DNA of 64,000 nucleotides from Pelagibacterium sp. (GTDB lineage Bacteria; Pseudomonadota; Alphaproteobacteria; Rhizobiales; Devosiaceae), in contig NZ_DATMGM010000037.1 in the NCBI RefSeq assembly GCF_035555455.1, positions 84,996 through 148,995 on the forward strand, written 5' to 3'. This document shows, piece after piece, positions 18,658 through 29,422 of this stretch. The notes beneath the pieces were generated by a model. The model saw only the letters and a list, made by a program, of their open reading frames with translations. It ran no database searches and was not told the origin of the DNA. Each line of letters begins with the position of its first letter. Position 1 is the stretch's first letter. The position numbers and the translations under genes were made by a program.

Positions 18658-19436
18658 CAACCACCCTCTCGCGCCGACTCGAAAGCATCGAGGACCTCAA
18701 TTTTTCCGCCGTGCTCTCGGACCTCGATGGTGTCGTCTATCGGGGCGAGGAGGCGGTGCCGGGCGCCGTCGCGCGGTTCCGGGCCTGGCAAGCACAGGGC
18801 ACGCCCTATTGCTTTGTGACCAACAACGCCGAAAAATCGGCCGACGCCTTTGCTGAAAAAATCCGCGGACTGGGCATCGCGTGCCGCCCGCAGCAGGTGG
18901 TCACCTCTGGCGACGTGGCGCTGGACTATCTGCAAACCCGGTTCGCGCCGGGCGAGCGCGTCTATGTCATCGGGTCGTCCTCGCTCAAGGACCGGGTGCG
19001 CGAACTTGGCTATCGCCTTGCCGAGACCGAGGCGGCAGCGGTGCTTGTGGCGCTCGATCGCCAGTTCGACTATGCGATGATGACGGTGGCGCTGGGCAAT
19101 ATTCTGGGCGGGGCCGAACTGATCGGCACCAATCCCGATCTCATCCGCCCGCTTGCCGATGGGTTCGAGCCGGGCGCCGGTGCCATCACCCAATCGATCG
19201 CGGCAGCCTCGGGGGCAACACCGATTTTTCTGGGCAAGCCCGATCCCGCCATCCTCAACACCGCCATGACGCGGCTGGGGGCAAGCCCCCAGACCACCAT
19301 CATGCTGGGCGACAAGCTCGACACCGATATTGTGGCCGCCCAACGGGCCGGGGTGGTCTCGGTGTTCATGGAAACCGGCGTGCCGCTGGACACCACCAGC
19401 CCGGTGCGCCCGGACCACATCCTCGCCCGGCTTTGA
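18654..19436 (+). CDS. HAD-IIA (NagD-like) phosphatase
   Basis: DLDGVVY, VTNN, TNPD, GKP, GDKLDTDI; ATGA overlap. Confidence 0.9.
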   Translation: MTTTLSRRLESIEDLNFSAVLSDLDGVVYRGEEAVPGAVARFRAWQAQGTPYCFVTNNAEKSADAFAEKIRGLGIACRPQQVVTSGDVALDYLQTRFAPGERVYVIGSSSLKDRVRELGYRLAETEAAAVLVALDRQFDYAMMTVALGNILGGAELIGTNPDLIRPLADGFEPGAGAITQSIAAASGATPIFLGKPDPAILNTAMTRLGASPQTTIMLGDKLDTDIVAAQRAGVVSVFMETGVPLDTTSPVRPDHILARL

Positions 19437-19511
19437 CTTGGAATGACACCGCACAAAAAAGCCCCACCCGAAAAGACGGGTGAGGCCGGGGCATCTTGAT
19501 GGCAAGCAGAC

Positions 19512-20018
19512 CTACATCTTGACGGCGGCGTTGTCGCCAAGCTCGGGCGCGCCTCCGGTGACGGCAGCCATGAGCATTTTGGCGCCCGAGACCAATGCGC
19601 CGGGCGTATCCCAGATTTCGCCGCGTTCGGGGGTGACGGTCAGAAGGCGGATGCTCGGATCGTCCTTGTCCTCCCACCACACCTTGTCCATGTCCGACCA
19701 TAGCTCGGCGATCTTGGCGCGGTCATTGCTGATGGTGCCCTGCCCGGACACCACGGCAAACCGGTAGCTGCCCTTGTCGGCCCACGCCAGCGACACGGTT
19801 GGAAACTTTTCCAGTTCGGCGTTCTTGTCGCCGCTGACATCGGTGAGAAAGTAGAACGCATTTTCGGCCCGCTTCGGGCGCGCCGACATCGGCCGACTGC
19901 GCTGCTGCTCGCCGTTCCAGGTGGTGAGCATGCAGATATCGATCTTGTCGGCCAATTCCCAAACGCGGTCGGTGACCTCTTCGGGGGTGGCGGGATTGTC
20001 GTCCTGACGTTCCTTCAT
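19512..20018 (-). CDS. Pyridoxamine 5'-phosphate oxidase-like / general stress protein 26 family
   Basis: CMLTT..G..RSRPM, FYFLT, D..KI.ELW, W..DKDDP.IRLL; RBS GGAG before the ATG at 20018. Confidence 0.85.
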   Translation of the reverse strand: MKERQDDNPATPEEVTDRVWELADKIDICMLTTWNGEQQRSRPMSARPKRAENAFYFLTDVSGDKNAELEKFPTVSLAWADKGSYRFAVVSGQGTISNDRAKIAELWSDMDKVWWEDKDDPSIRLLTVTPERGEIWDTPGALVSGAKMLMAAVTGGAPELGDNAAVKM

Positions 20019-20211
20019 GGGGGCTCTCCGTAAGATGATGCCGCAAGAACGGGTGCACATCACTATCGTTCCAATCGGGCGAAAAGGCCGTTTGACGGTT
20101 TCTGGACCGCCACGCGGGAACTTCCGTGGCCGCCTCCTCCTTTAGTGGGCAGCAGGGGTTTGATTTTCAAAATCAAATCCTGTTTCCGGCTCCCTCGTGT
20201 TGCGAGACCTC

Positions 20212-21462
20212 ATGACCTCCAAATTTTTCTGGCACCTCCGGCTTCTGTCCCGCAAGCTTTGGGTACGCGCCACGTTGATTTCACTTCTGGCGGCCGCCGC
20301 CGCTTTAGTGGCTTTTGTCATTTCACCGTATCTTCCCGAGGACCTGTCGGCCGAGATCGGTGCGGATTCGGTCGATAACATCCTCTCGATCATTGCCTCA
20401 TCGATGCTGGCGGTGACCACGTTTTCCCTCTCGACAATGGTTACGGCCTATGGCGCAGCGACCAGCAATGTGACCCCGCGCGCCACAAGGCTGATCATGG
20501 AGGATTCCACCACCCAGAACGTTCTGGCAGCGTTTGTGGGTTCGTTCCTGTACAGCCTCGTCGCCATCATCACGCTGGCCATGGGGGCTTATGGCAACCG
20601 GGGGCGGATCGTTCTGTTTTTCGTTACGATTCTGGTGGTGGTTCTGATTGTCGTCACGCTGTTGCGCTGGATCGACTATCTGATGCGGCTGGGCCGGGTG
20701 GGAGAAACCACCAAGCGCGTCGAACAGGCCGCTGTCCGTGCCATGACCCAACGCCACAAACAACCATATCTTGGCGGACGGCCCCTGTATGATCGCAAGT
20801 CCGTTGCGACAGACTGCATCGAAATCTGTGCGCCCGAGATCGGCTATGTGGACCACATCGACACGGCGGCGCTGCAAAAACTGGCTGAACAGCATGGAAC
20901 CGACATCTATGTCCTGGCGCTGCCGGGGACCTTCATCGATACCAAACGCGCCGTGGCGGCCACATCGGGCGGTGACCAGAACCTGCATGACAAGATCGCC
21001 AAAGCCTTTTCCATCGATGCCGAACGCAGTTTCGATCAGGACCCGCGCTTTGGCCTGATCGTTCTGGCGGAAATTGCCCAAAGGGCGCTGTCGCCAGCGG
21101 TCAACGATCCCGGAACCGCCATCGACGTCATCGGGCGGGTGGTCCGCGTGCTCTCGATCTGGGGCGAGCGTGTTGACGCTGAGGACGTGCTGTTTCCCAA
21201 CATTCACGTGTCGCCGATCGTGGCAGAAGAGCTGTTCGATGACTTCTTTCTGCCGGTGGCGCGGGATGGTGCGGGACTGGTGGAAGTGCAGGTGCGCCTG
21301 CAAAAAGCACTTTCGGCATTGGCGCGGCTGGATGCGCCGCATTATCGGGAGGCAGCTGCCAAACACGCCGCGCTGGCGCTCGACCGCATGCGTAATGCCG
21401 GGGGGATGGAAATCGACATTAGCCGGGCCGAAGCCTTTGCGCTGGCCTTGCGTCCGGCGTAG
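20212..21462 (+). CDS. DUF2254-family membrane protein
   Basis: IASSMLAVTTFSLS, PRAT, QDPRFGL..LAEIA.RALSPAVNDPGTAID. Confidence 0.85.
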   Translation: MTSKFFWHLRLLSRKLWVRATLISLLAAAAALVAFVISPYLPEDLSAEIGADSVDNILSIIASSMLAVTTFSLSTMVTAYGAATSNVTPRATRLIMEDSTTQNVLAAFVGSFLYSLVAIITLAMGAYGNRGRIVLFFVTILVVVLIVVTLLRWIDYLMRLGRVGETTKRVEQAAVRAMTQRHKQPYLGGRPLYDRKSVATDCIEICAPEIGYVDHIDTAALQKLAEQHGTDIYVLALPGTFIDTKRAVAATSGGDQNLHDKIAKAFSIDAERSFDQDPRFGLIVLAEIAQRALSPAVNDPGTAIDVIGRVVRVLSIWGERVDAEDVLFPNIHVSPIVAEELFDDFFLPVARDGAGLVEVQVRLQKALSALARLDAPHYREAAAKHAALALDRMRNAGGMEIDISRAEAFALALRPA

Positions 21463-21474
21463 GGCACCAAATCA

Positions 21475-21509
21475 GTCGGGGGGACCGCTCAACGAGCTTG
21501 CCCCCCGAC
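21475..21509. terminator. Probable terminator hairpin between convergent genes
   Basis: gtcgggggg...ccccccgac 9 bp stem. Confidence 0.5.
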
Positions 21510-21540
21510 ATGGTTCTTATGATTGGCCTGACGCCGCCGG

Positions 21541-22215
21541 TCAGAGCGGGCCGGTGCTGCCCAGTGGCCAGACGCTTTGCAGCTTTTCGCCCGCCAGCAG
21601 GCGCTCGCGGCACTCAGCCTCTGCCTTGCCGTTCTCATCGGCGGCATCGGCGACCTGCCGGACCAGCTCGCGCGGGATGACGACGACGCCGTTGATGTCG
21701 CCAAAGATCACATCGCCGGGGCGGACCTTGACGCCATCGATATCGAGATCAACCTGCGTATAGGTGGCTTCCATGCGACCCGACACGCCCACCGGGCTGG
21801 CACCGCGGGCAAACAGCGGATAGCCGAGGTGCCGCACTTCGGCGAGATCGCGCACGGTGCCATGCACCACGGTGGCTGCCGCGCCGGCCACTTTCGCGCC
21901 GGTCGACATCAATTCGCCGGTGCCCGAGCCTTCGGCGCAGGACGAATCCACCATCAGGACCCCGCCCTTCACCACGCTGTCGATGGCACCGTGATAGACG
22001 TCCTGGGGCTGACCGACACGCTCGCTGGGCTCATAGCGCACGGTGACGGCCGGGCCGCAGATGACCTGGCCGGGCGTAAGCACGCCAAAGAGCGAAATGC
22101 CCTTGAGGTGGCCATAGGCCCCGAAGCGGTCCATGACGTCATGGATATCGCCCGAGTACCATTTGGACAGGCGCTCGATCGAATCCCAATCGGTCTGTGC
22201 GTAATCGTAAGTCAT
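21541..22215 (-). CDS. RraA/HMG aldolase family protein
   Basis: GPAVTV, GTGELMST, GTVRD, VRPGDVIFGDINGVVVIP. Confidence 0.85.
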   Translation of the reverse strand: MTYDYAQTDWDSIERLSKWYSGDIHDVMDRFGAYGHLKGISLFGVLTPGQVICGPAVTVRYEPSERVGQPQDVYHGAIDSVVKGGVLMVDSSCAEGSGTGELMSTGAKVAGAAATVVHGTVRDLAEVRHLGYPLFARGASPVGVSGRMEATYTQVDLDIDGVKVRPGDVIFGDINGVVVIPRELVRQVADAADENGKAEAECRERLLAGEKLQSVWPLGSTGPL

Positions 22216-22242
22216 TGTGTTCTCCATAGACCGGCGTTGATT

Positions 22243-23835
22243 TCAGACGCCGCAAAGATTGACGTTGATCCCCAGCTCCGCCGCCAGCGCCGCCCGCACC
22301 TGCAAGGCGCGGTCTGCCTCCTGGGCCGAATGGGCGTAGGCCACCTGAATGTGGTTGGCCTTGTGGCGCGCCATCATCGCGTCGCGATCGACCCCGGTGA
22401 GCACGGCGTGCATGATCGGCCATTCGGGGTTGGTCGCCTGCGAGCGGCGTTGGGTTTCCTCGGCGGGAAGCGACACCGCCTGTCCGCGCCCGATATCCAT
22501 GTGCAGCGCACCGTTTTCGACAAAGATCCGGCTCCAGACCAACTCGCCGACCCGGGCCACGCCGCGCAGGGTTCCGCCGCCTGCGGGAAAGAACATCGGC
22601 GGCTGCCGCAGGCTTTCCGAGCCCGCCCAGCCCCCTTCATGATGGGCCGGGGGCGCAGCACCGGAGATTTCGAACACCCAGATGAAATCATCGCGGCTGC
22701 CGGACTGGTCCAGATCGCCCCAGCGCAAATCGTGCAGGGTATTTTCGGCGGGCTGTCCGAGGGCCCGATGCACGCGGTCGATCAGCACACCATCGAGGCC
22801 GGCGCATTCGTCCACCTCGTTGAAATGGGTGATCGCCTGTCCGGCGCGGATGACGCTGCCATCGGCGCGGGTCACGTCCGGGCGGTCGTCATTGTTGAGG
22901 ATGCCTTCGACGAGGTCAGAGGCCGGGAGCAGGTCCTTGAGCCCCTGCTGATACTGGATGCCGATGGCCTCGCAGCCGAACTGGTCGCCCATGCGCACCG
23001 CAGCGATATACATGCGGCACTGGTCGATGACCTGATCTTCGGTCAATTCGGTCACCGGATCGGTGCCCAGATGGAATTTCAGGCCCCGCCCGACCAGCCA
23101 GTCATAGACGGCGCGCGCTTCGGCCTCCGGCACCTGCCGTGTGGCGTGGTAAAGCGCAGACTGCGACAGACGCTCCTTATAGACGCCCAGCGGCATCAGC
23201 AGTTCGTCGGGAATGATGGCATTATACATGCCCATGCAGCCTTCATCGAAGACCCCGAGGATCACCTTGTTGCGGCGCATGTCGTCGGCAATGGTCTCTA
23301 CCAGCGCCCGATCTTCAGACGAAACGGCCTCAGCCGTGAACGGGCGCACATGGGTGATCTCGTGGACAAGGCGCCCGGTTTCGAGCCAGGCCTTCAGCCC
23401 ATCGAGGAAAAAGGCATCGTCAAAGTTCTCGCTCCACAGCGTGGAATATTGGACACCGGCCTTGGTCAGCGAGCCGTTGAGATTGAGCAGGCCGACAAGG
23501 CCGGGCCACTCGCCCGACCAGTTGGCCACGGTGAGGATGGGGCCCTTGTGACTGACCAGCCCGGCCAGCACGTGGTGGGAATATTGCCAGACCGCTTCGG
23601 CGACAATCACCGGGGCGTGGGGATCGAGAGCGGCAAAAATGTCCATGCCTTCGCGCTGAGAGGCGATAAAGCCGTGGCCCTTGTCGGCCTTGACCGGGTG
23701 GCCGCGCTCCAGCGTGTGGCCAAAGCTCGCCACAACCTCGGTGAGCTTGTCTTCCATGGCCTTTTGGGCCGGCCAGCACTGGACGTTGGCGCTTTCGCGC
23801 AGATCGCCGCTGGAGACGAGAATGATATTTGTCAT
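22243..23835 (-). CDS. L-fucose/L-arabinose isomerase-like protein
   Basis: WPGLVG, GCMGM, GIQYQQG, FNEVDE, LHDLRW, SG motifs typical of the FucI/AraA-like fold. Confidence 0.75.
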   Translation of the reverse strand: MTNIILVSSGDLRESANVQCWPAQKAMEDKLTEVVASFGHTLERGHPVKADKGHGFIASQREGMDIFAALDPHAPVIVAEAVWQYSHHVLAGLVSHKGPILTVANWSGEWPGLVGLLNLNGSLTKAGVQYSTLWSENFDDAFFLDGLKAWLETGRLVHEITHVRPFTAEAVSSEDRALVETIADDMRRNKVILGVFDEGCMGMYNAIIPDELLMPLGVYKERLSQSALYHATRQVPEAEARAVYDWLVGRGLKFHLGTDPVTELTEDQVIDQCRMYIAAVRMGDQFGCEAIGIQYQQGLKDLLPASDLVEGILNNDDRPDVTRADGSVIRAGQAITHFNEVDECAGLDGVLIDRVHRALGQPAENTLHDLRWGDLDQSGSRDDFIWVFEISGAAPPAHHEGGWAGSESLRQPPMFFPAGGGTLRGVARVGELVWSRIFVENGALHMDIGRGQAVSLPAEETQRRSQATNPEWPIMHAVLTGVDRDAMMARHKANHIQVAYAHSAQEADRALQVRAALAAELGINVNLCGV

Positions 23836-23890
23836 GTCAGCTACCTTGAGAGCTTTAACAGGAGGCAGGCGGCGGCGGAGGACCGAAGCC

Positions 23891-25525
23891 TTATTGGGAT
23901 GAACCGGCGGCCCCCATCAGGGCGGCATAGGCGGCGTAATCATCCTGCATTCTGCGGAACACCGCATATTTGGCGTCGTGATAGGCCGCGATGTCGCCGC
24001 CACGGGGCGTGATGGTGTGCGCCGTTCCGCTCATGGCCCGCATGGCTTCGCCGATATCGGCATAGGTTCCTGCTGCCGCCGCGCCGAGCATGGCCGAACC
24101 GAGCAGCACCGGTTCGCTCTGGGCAGGCACCACGACCTGACAGCCGGTGGCATCGGCGTGTTCGCGCAGATAGAGCGCATTGCGGGCCAGCCCGCCGCTG
24201 ACAACAAGGGTATCAATCACAACGCCCTGCGCACGCAGCGCCTCGATGATGTGGCGCGTGCCATAGGCAAGCGCCTGCTGGGTCGCCAGATAGTCGAGCG
24301 CCAGATCATCGAGCCCGCCGGACAGGCTCAAACCGGTGATCGCGCCCTTGCGCCATGGCTCGGCGAGCGGGGAGCGGTTGCCATGGAAATCGGGCTGCAC
24401 GTGGCGATCGCGGGTGAGATAGGCCGTCTCTTCGCCCATGGTGGCGAGATGAATGTCGAGCAGCTCCGCCGGACGCCGCTCGTCCGCCATGGCGTCCAGC
24501 GCCACCGAGGCAGAGTGGCGGGCGATCACGTGATCGATCAGCGCACCCGCTGCCGATTGTCCGCCCTCATTGGCCCACAGGCCATCCAGCAGAACGGAAT
24601 AATATGGCCCCCAGACGCCGGGCACGAAGGCCGGATCGTCGGTGAGGGTAATATGGCAGGTGGAGGTTCCCGCTATGACCGCCAGCCGGCCCGTCAAGCC
24701 GGTTTCGCCCGAGCTGTCGGCAACGGCAAGCGTTCCCAGCGCTCCGGCATAGGCGTCGATCAGGGCCGTCGAGACGGCTGTGCCCGGCACCAGCCCCAAC
24801 TCGGTCGCCGCCTGAACACCCAGCCCGCCCGAGCGCACGCCCGCAGCGGCAAAGCGCGCGCCGATGCTCTGGGCCCCCGCCTCGACAAGTTCATCAAGGC
24901 CGATCTTTTTCAGGAATGCCTTGTCCCAGCCCTCGCCGGACAAGCCGTGGTGGCCCAGATAGGTCCATTTGCAGACCGGCGAGCACAGGGACCGCAAATG
25001 CGAGCCGGTGGCGCGATAAACGAGCCAATCGGGCAGATCCCAGAAATGCTCGGCGGCCGCCCAGCTTGCGGGCAGTTCGCGCTTGAGCCAGCGCAGTTTG
25101 GGCAGCTCCATCTCGGGCGACATCACGCCCCCGACATGATCGAGCACGCTGCCGCCCATGCGGGTGATATCCTGGGCGTCGGCGATGGCGCGGTGATCCA
25201 TCCACAGCATCACATCCTGATCGGCTGCGCCGTCGGGGCTGATGGAGACCGGGCGGTCATCCTTGCCGGTGACGACCAGCGAGCAGGTGGCATCAAAGCC
25301 CAGCCCGGCGACGGCCTCGGGCGTAACGCCCGAGGTCGCGACCGCGCTGCGCACGGCGGTTGTCACCGCCTGCCAGATATCGGCCGAGCTTTGCTGGGCA
25401 AAATCGGGTCGGGGACGGACCGTCTCTATCGCACATGCGGCGGCCCCAAGAAGAACGCCTGACGCGTCGAAGACTCCCGCCCGCGCGCTTCCGGTTCCAA
25501 CGTCTATTCCGATAAAGACACTCAT
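23891..25525 (-). CDS. FGGY-family carbohydrate (pentulose/ribulose-type) kinase
   Basis: [43 protein letters not shown]. Confidence 0.92.
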   Translation of the reverse strand: MSVFIGIDVGTGSARAGVFDASGVLLGAAACAIETVRPRPDFAQQSSADIWQAVTTAVRSAVATSGVTPEAVAGLGFDATCSLVVTGKDDRPVSISPDGAADQDVMLWMDHRAIADAQDITRMGGSVLDHVGGVMSPEMELPKLRWLKRELPASWAAAEHFWDLPDWLVYRATGSHLRSLCSPVCKWTYLGHHGLSGEGWDKAFLKKIGLDELVEAGAQSIGARFAAAGVRSGGLGVQAATELGLVPGTAVSTALIDAYAGALGTLAVADSSGETGLTGRLAVIAGTSTCHITLTDDPAFVPGVWGPYYSVLLDGLWANEGGQSAAGALIDHVIARHSASVALDAMADERRPAELLDIHLATMGEETAYLTRDRHVQPDFHGNRSPLAEPWRKGAITGLSLSGGLDDLALDYLATQQALAYGTRHIIEALRAQGVVIDTLVVSGGLARNALYLREHADATGCQVVVPAQSEPVLLGSAMLGAAAAGTYADIGEAMRAMSGTAHTITPRGGDIAAYHDAKYAVFRRMQDDYAAYAALMGAAGSSQ

Positions 25526-25547
25526 GTCCGTCCCGCAGCCCTATTTC

Positions 25548-26369
25548 TTACCAGGCGGTGAAGCCGCCATCGACGACGACGTTCGAGCCCGTCATGTATG
25601 ACGAGGCATCGGACGCAAGGAAGCGGATGACGCCGTTGTATTCGTCGATCTCAGCCTGGCGGCGCATCGGGACACGATCCAGGAACGCATCGATGAATTC
25701 CTTGTCGAAGCTGGCCGTCTTGACCCCACCGAACGAAATCAGGTTGCAGCGCACCTTCTTTTCCGCCCAGTAGGTGGCAAGATAACGGGTGAGGTTGACC
25801 AGACCGGACTTGGACGCCGCATAGGAGACGGCCTTGATGAAGGGCACGCCGTCACGGGCTTCGCGGTAGGCGTAGAGCGCCTGATTGGGCGACACCATGC
25901 CATAGATGGACCCGACGTTGATGATCGAGCCCTTGCGGTTCTCGGCCATCAGTGATCCGACGACCTGGCTGGTCAGCATCACGCCGGTGAGATTGGCGTC
26001 GATGATTTCATCCCAGAACTTCTGCGGATACACCTCGAACGGGGCGTTCTGCTCAGCACCGCCATCGGGCTTGGAGTCGATACCCGCATTGTTGACGAGC
26101 ACTTCAGGTGTGCCCCAATCGGAAACGAGCTTTTCGGTCGCTGCCTGGAGGGCGGCCTTGTCGGTCACGCTGGCTTCGTAAACGCGGATATTGTCTCCGG
26201 CGAGGCCGGGAAACTTGTCGGCAAGCTGTTCGTCCGAGAACGGACGGCGGCTGTAGATGGCGACCTTGGCCCCGGCTTCAGCCAAAGACTTGGAAAACTG
26301 GGTGCCCAACTGCCCCAGGCCGCCGGTCACGATGGCAACGCGGCCTTCGACAGAAAAAGTATCGGACAT
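25548..26369 (-). CDS. SDR-family oxidoreductase
   Basis: TGGLGQLG, NNAG, YAASK. Confidence 0.92.
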   Translation of the reverse strand: MSDTFSVEGRVAIVTGGLGQLGTQFSKSLAEAGAKVAIYSRRPFSDEQLADKFPGLAGDNIRVYEASVTDKAALQAATEKLVSDWGTPEVLVNNAGIDSKPDGGAEQNAPFEVYPQKFWDEIIDANLTGVMLTSQVVGSLMAENRKGSIINVGSIYGMVSPNQALYAYREARDGVPFIKAVSYAASKSGLVNLTRYLATYWAEKKVRCNLISFGGVKTASFDKEFIDAFLDRVPMRRQAEIDEYNGVIRFLASDASSYMTGSNVVVDGGFTAW

Positions 26370-26398
26370 AAATATAGGTCTCCTGAAAATACCGGGGA

Positions 26399-27205
26399 TT
26401 AGGCCTTGGACGCCGTGTCGATGGCTTCACGGGCGCGACGAACGCCTTCGTTGAGGAACATCACGTCATTGCCCATGATGATCATGTCGACGCCCTTTTT
26501 CTTGAGGGCTGCGACGTTCTCTGCGACAGGGGGAATGCACGGGGCCATCACCTTGATGCCGCGGGCGTGGGCCTTCTCGATCAGCTCGGCGAGCTTGTCT
26601 TCGACCTCGGGGTGCGACATCGAATAGTCGATGGAAATGCCGCGCGAGATCGAATAATCAGCCGGGCCGAAATTGACGACATCGATGCCTTCGACGTCGA
26701 GAATTTCATCGATGTTGTCGAAGAATTCGTAGCTCTCGGCCATCGGGATCACGAGACGGGTTTCGTTCTCGCGCTCCATGTAGCTCGACCACTGGAAACC
26801 CGGACCGGCAAAGCCGGCGGCCCGGCACGAGGCGTCACCGCCGCGACGGCCATAGGGCGGGAATTTGGCGGCGCGCACGATCTCGCGCATCTGATCGGCG
26901 CTGCCGACCTGGGGCACGATCACGCCGGTGGCACCGAATTCGAGCGCCTTGCGAATGTCCCATTCGTTGGTCCCGCGCACACGCACCAGAGGCGCGATGC
27001 CGCCCAGAAGGGCTGCGAGGACCAGCTTTTCCATCTGCAAATCGATGTTGACCGGGGTGTGCTCGGCATCGATGAACGCGAAATCCAGCCCCCAATTGGC
27101 GGCGACTTCGATGGCTGTGGTCGTACCGGTGTAAAAGGTTGCACCGAAGACGGCTTCGCCAGCCTTCATTTTTTCTGCGAGAGTTGTGTTATGGGGGGCA
27201 GCCAA
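26399..27205 (-). CDS. HpcH/HpaI aldolase family protein
   Basis: IDAEH, PLVRV, KFPPYGRRG, FGPADYS; TTG start with RBS AGGAG. Confidence 0.88.
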   Translation of the reverse strand: MAAPHNTTLAEKMKAGEAVFGATFYTGTTTAIEVAANWGLDFAFIDAEHTPVNIDLQMEKLVLAALLGGIAPLVRVRGTNEWDIRKALEFGATGVIVPQVGSADQMREIVRAAKFPPYGRRGGDASCRAAGFAGPGFQWSSYMERENETRLVIPMAESYEFFDNIDEILDVEGIDVVNFGPADYSISRGISIDYSMSHPEVEDKLAELIEKAHARGIKVMAPCIPPVAENVAALKKKGVDMIIMGNDVMFLNEGVRRAREAIDTASKA

Positions 27206-27255
27206 TTGCTTCTCCTGATTGCACTGCGTTGCCGAAATGAGGGTCGGGTCCGGCC

Positions 27256-27987
27256 CTATTTGAGATCGGGGGCGATGAAATTCGCCAGTTCGGGAGTCCT
27301 GGGATTGGCAAAGAGCTCTTCGGACGGCCCCTCCTCCCAGATCTTCCCCTCATTCATGAAGACGGTGTGGGTCGCAACGCGGCGCGCAAACCCCATTTCG
27401 TGGGTGACCAGCACCATGGTCATGCCCGCTTTTGCCAGTTCGGCGATGGTCAAGAGCACTTCCCCGGTCAGTTCGGGATCGAGTGCCGAGGTCACCTCGT
27501 CAAACAGCATCACCTTGGGCTGCATGGCGAGCGAGCGGGCAATCGCCACGCGCTGTTGCTGACCACCCGAGAGCTCATCGGGATAGGCATACGCCTTGTC
27601 TGACAGCCCGACCCGGGCCAGAACCTGCACGACGATCTCGTCGCATTCCGCCTTGCCCACGCCCTTGACGACGCGCGGCGCGAGCTTGATGTTTTCAGCG
27701 ACGTTGAGATGGGGAAACAGATTGTAGCTCTGGAACACCATCCCCACTTCCTTGCGCAATTCGCGCAGGCCCGAATGGCTGCCGTCCAGCATATGACCGG
27801 CGACCTCGATGCGGCCCTTCTGGAACTGCTCAAGTCCGTTGATGCAGCGCAGCATGGTGCTCTTGCCCGACCCGGACCGGCCGATCACGGCAACAACATC
27901 GCCCTCACCGACCGAAAGGCTGACACCCTTGAGAACCTGGACGGCTCCGTAGGACTTCCACAAATCCTCAATGCGCAGAGACGCCAC
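27256..27987 (-). CDS. Polar amino acid ABC transporter ATP-binding protein
   Basis: GRSGSGKS, VFQSYNLFPH, LSGGQQQR, FDEVTSALDPE. Confidence 0.93.
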   Translation of the reverse strand: MASLRIEDLWKSYGAVQVLKGVSLSVGEGDVVAVIGRSGSGKSTMLRCINGLEQFQKGRIEVAGHMLDGSHSGLRELRKEVGMVFQSYNLFPHLNVAENIKLAPRVVKGVGKAECDEIVVQVLARVGLSDKAYAYPDELSGGQQQRVAIARSLAMQPKVMLFDEVTSALDPELTGEVLLTIAELAKAGMTMVLVTHEMGFARRVATHTVFMNEGKIWEEGPSEELFANPRTPELANFIAPDLK

Positions 27988-28624
27988 TTTTTCTCTCCTT
28001 GAGTTTTTCGCTCCACCACGACAGCGGATAGCAAAGCGCGAAATACATCGCCGCGACCGTCAAAAAGACGTGGAACGGCTGAAAGGTCATGTTGTTGAGC
28101 AACTGCCCGGCCCGCGTCAGTTCCACGAACCCGATCAGGGCGGTCACCGAGGTGTTCTTGACGATCTGCACCATGAACCCGACGGTGGGCCCGAGCGCGA
28201 TCCGCAAGGCCTGCGGCAGGATCACATAGCGCAGCCGCTGGATTCTGCTCAGCGCCAGCGCATCGGCGGCTTCCCACTGGGTTTTGGGAATGGCCTCGAT
28301 GCAGCCGCGCCAGATATCGGCCAGATAGGCTGTCGCATAGACGGCGAGCGAAATGGCCGCGGCGGCAAAGGGCGGGAAATGCAGGCCCAGAAAGCTCAGC
28401 CCGTAAAAGCACAGGAACACGATGATCAGCAGCGGGGTTGCCTGCACGATCTGGATGTACCCGGCGATCACCAGCTTGAGCCAATTCGGCCCCAGCGCAC
28501 GCCCCATGGCCAGAAACAGGCCGAAAAAGCCGCCCAGCACAAACGTCATCGCCGACAGGCCAACCGTCCAGGTCAGGCCCATGATGAGAAACTGGACGCT
28601 GGACCAGCCAAAATCCTGGATCAT
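27968..28624 (-). CDS. Polar amino acid ABC permease
   Basis: QATPLL, QWEAADAL, ILPQA, VKNTS; ATG at 28624 overlaps the upstream stop. Confidence 0.9.
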   Translation of the reverse strand: MIQDFGWSSVQFLIMGLTWTVGLSAMTFVLGGFFGLFLAMGRALGPNWLKLVIAGYIQIVQATPLLIIVFLCFYGLSFLGLHFPPFAAAAISLAVYATAYLADIWRGCIEAIPKTQWEAADALALSRIQRLRYVILPQALRIALGPTVGFMVQIVKNTSVTALIGFVELTRAGQLLNNMTFQPFHVFLTVAAMYFALCYPLSWWSEKLKERKSGVSAH

Positions 28625-29340
28625 GACGCCGCCTCCGAAGATGTAGCCGGGCGCACGGCCTGGGCGACCGAGGGCGCTTTCTTGCGCCGGAACAGCCGCA
28701 GGCCGATGAGCCAATAGACAAGCCGGAACGCGAACGTGATGGAAATGTAGATCGCCGCGATGACCAGAAACGTCTCAAGGCTGCGGAAGGTCTGCGATTC
28801 AATGCGAGCCCCTGCCAGCGTCAACTCGCTCGCCGAGATGGCCGAGACGATTGAGGTGCCCAGGAGTGTCAGCGTGAGCTGCCCGGTGAGCGCCGGATAA
28901 ATGATGCGCAGCGCGGGCACGATCACCACATGGCGCAGCACCTGAAGGCGCGACATGCCCAGCGCCAGACCGGCTTCGATCTGGGTTTTGGGAATGGCCA
29001 TCAAACCGGCGCGAAAAATTTCCGTCGAATACGCGCCAAGATTGATGGAGACCGCAAACAGAGCCGCCTGCTCGGCGCTCATGCGCAGCCCCAGATAGGG
29101 CAAGCCGAAGAAGATGAGAAACAGCTGGACGAGAAGCGGCGTGTTGCGAAACGCCTCTACATAGACGCCCGCCAGAACGGACGACCACTTCGGACCATTG
29201 GTGCGCACGATCGCGGCAGCAAGGCCAATCGCAAGGCCCAGCGTGATCGACTGCGCGGAAAGGACAATAGTGTCGGTCGCACCCTGGACGAGCAACGGCG
29301 CACGCGCCAGCACAGGGGCGAAGTTCATCTCATATGCCAT
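28621..29340 (-). CDS. Polar amino acid ABC permease
   Basis: FRNTPLLVQLF, EIFRAG, QIEAG.ALG. Confidence 0.9.
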   Translation of the reverse strand: MAYEMNFAPVLARAPLLVQGATDTIVLSAQSITLGLAIGLAAAIVRTNGPKWSSVLAGVYVEAFRNTPLLVQLFLIFFGLPYLGLRMSAEQAALFAVSINLGAYSTEIFRAGLMAIPKTQIEAGLALGMSRLQVLRHVVIVPALRIIYPALTGQLTLTLLGTSIVSAISASELTLAGARIESQTFRSLETFLVIAAIYISITFAFRLVYWLIGLRLFRRKKAPSVAQAVRPATSSEAAS

Positions 29341-29422
29341 GAAAGCCGCCTCGAACGGGGCGGGCTGACCGACTATGGCTCAGCCCGCACCAAAGGGGGT
29401 TTAAGGAGGATATTCGCCGCGC

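Noticed and set aside
21577-24012. 811 aa plus-strand ORF
   Set aside because: Antisense shadow of the isomerase and RraA genes; no motifs; expected in GC-rich DNA.
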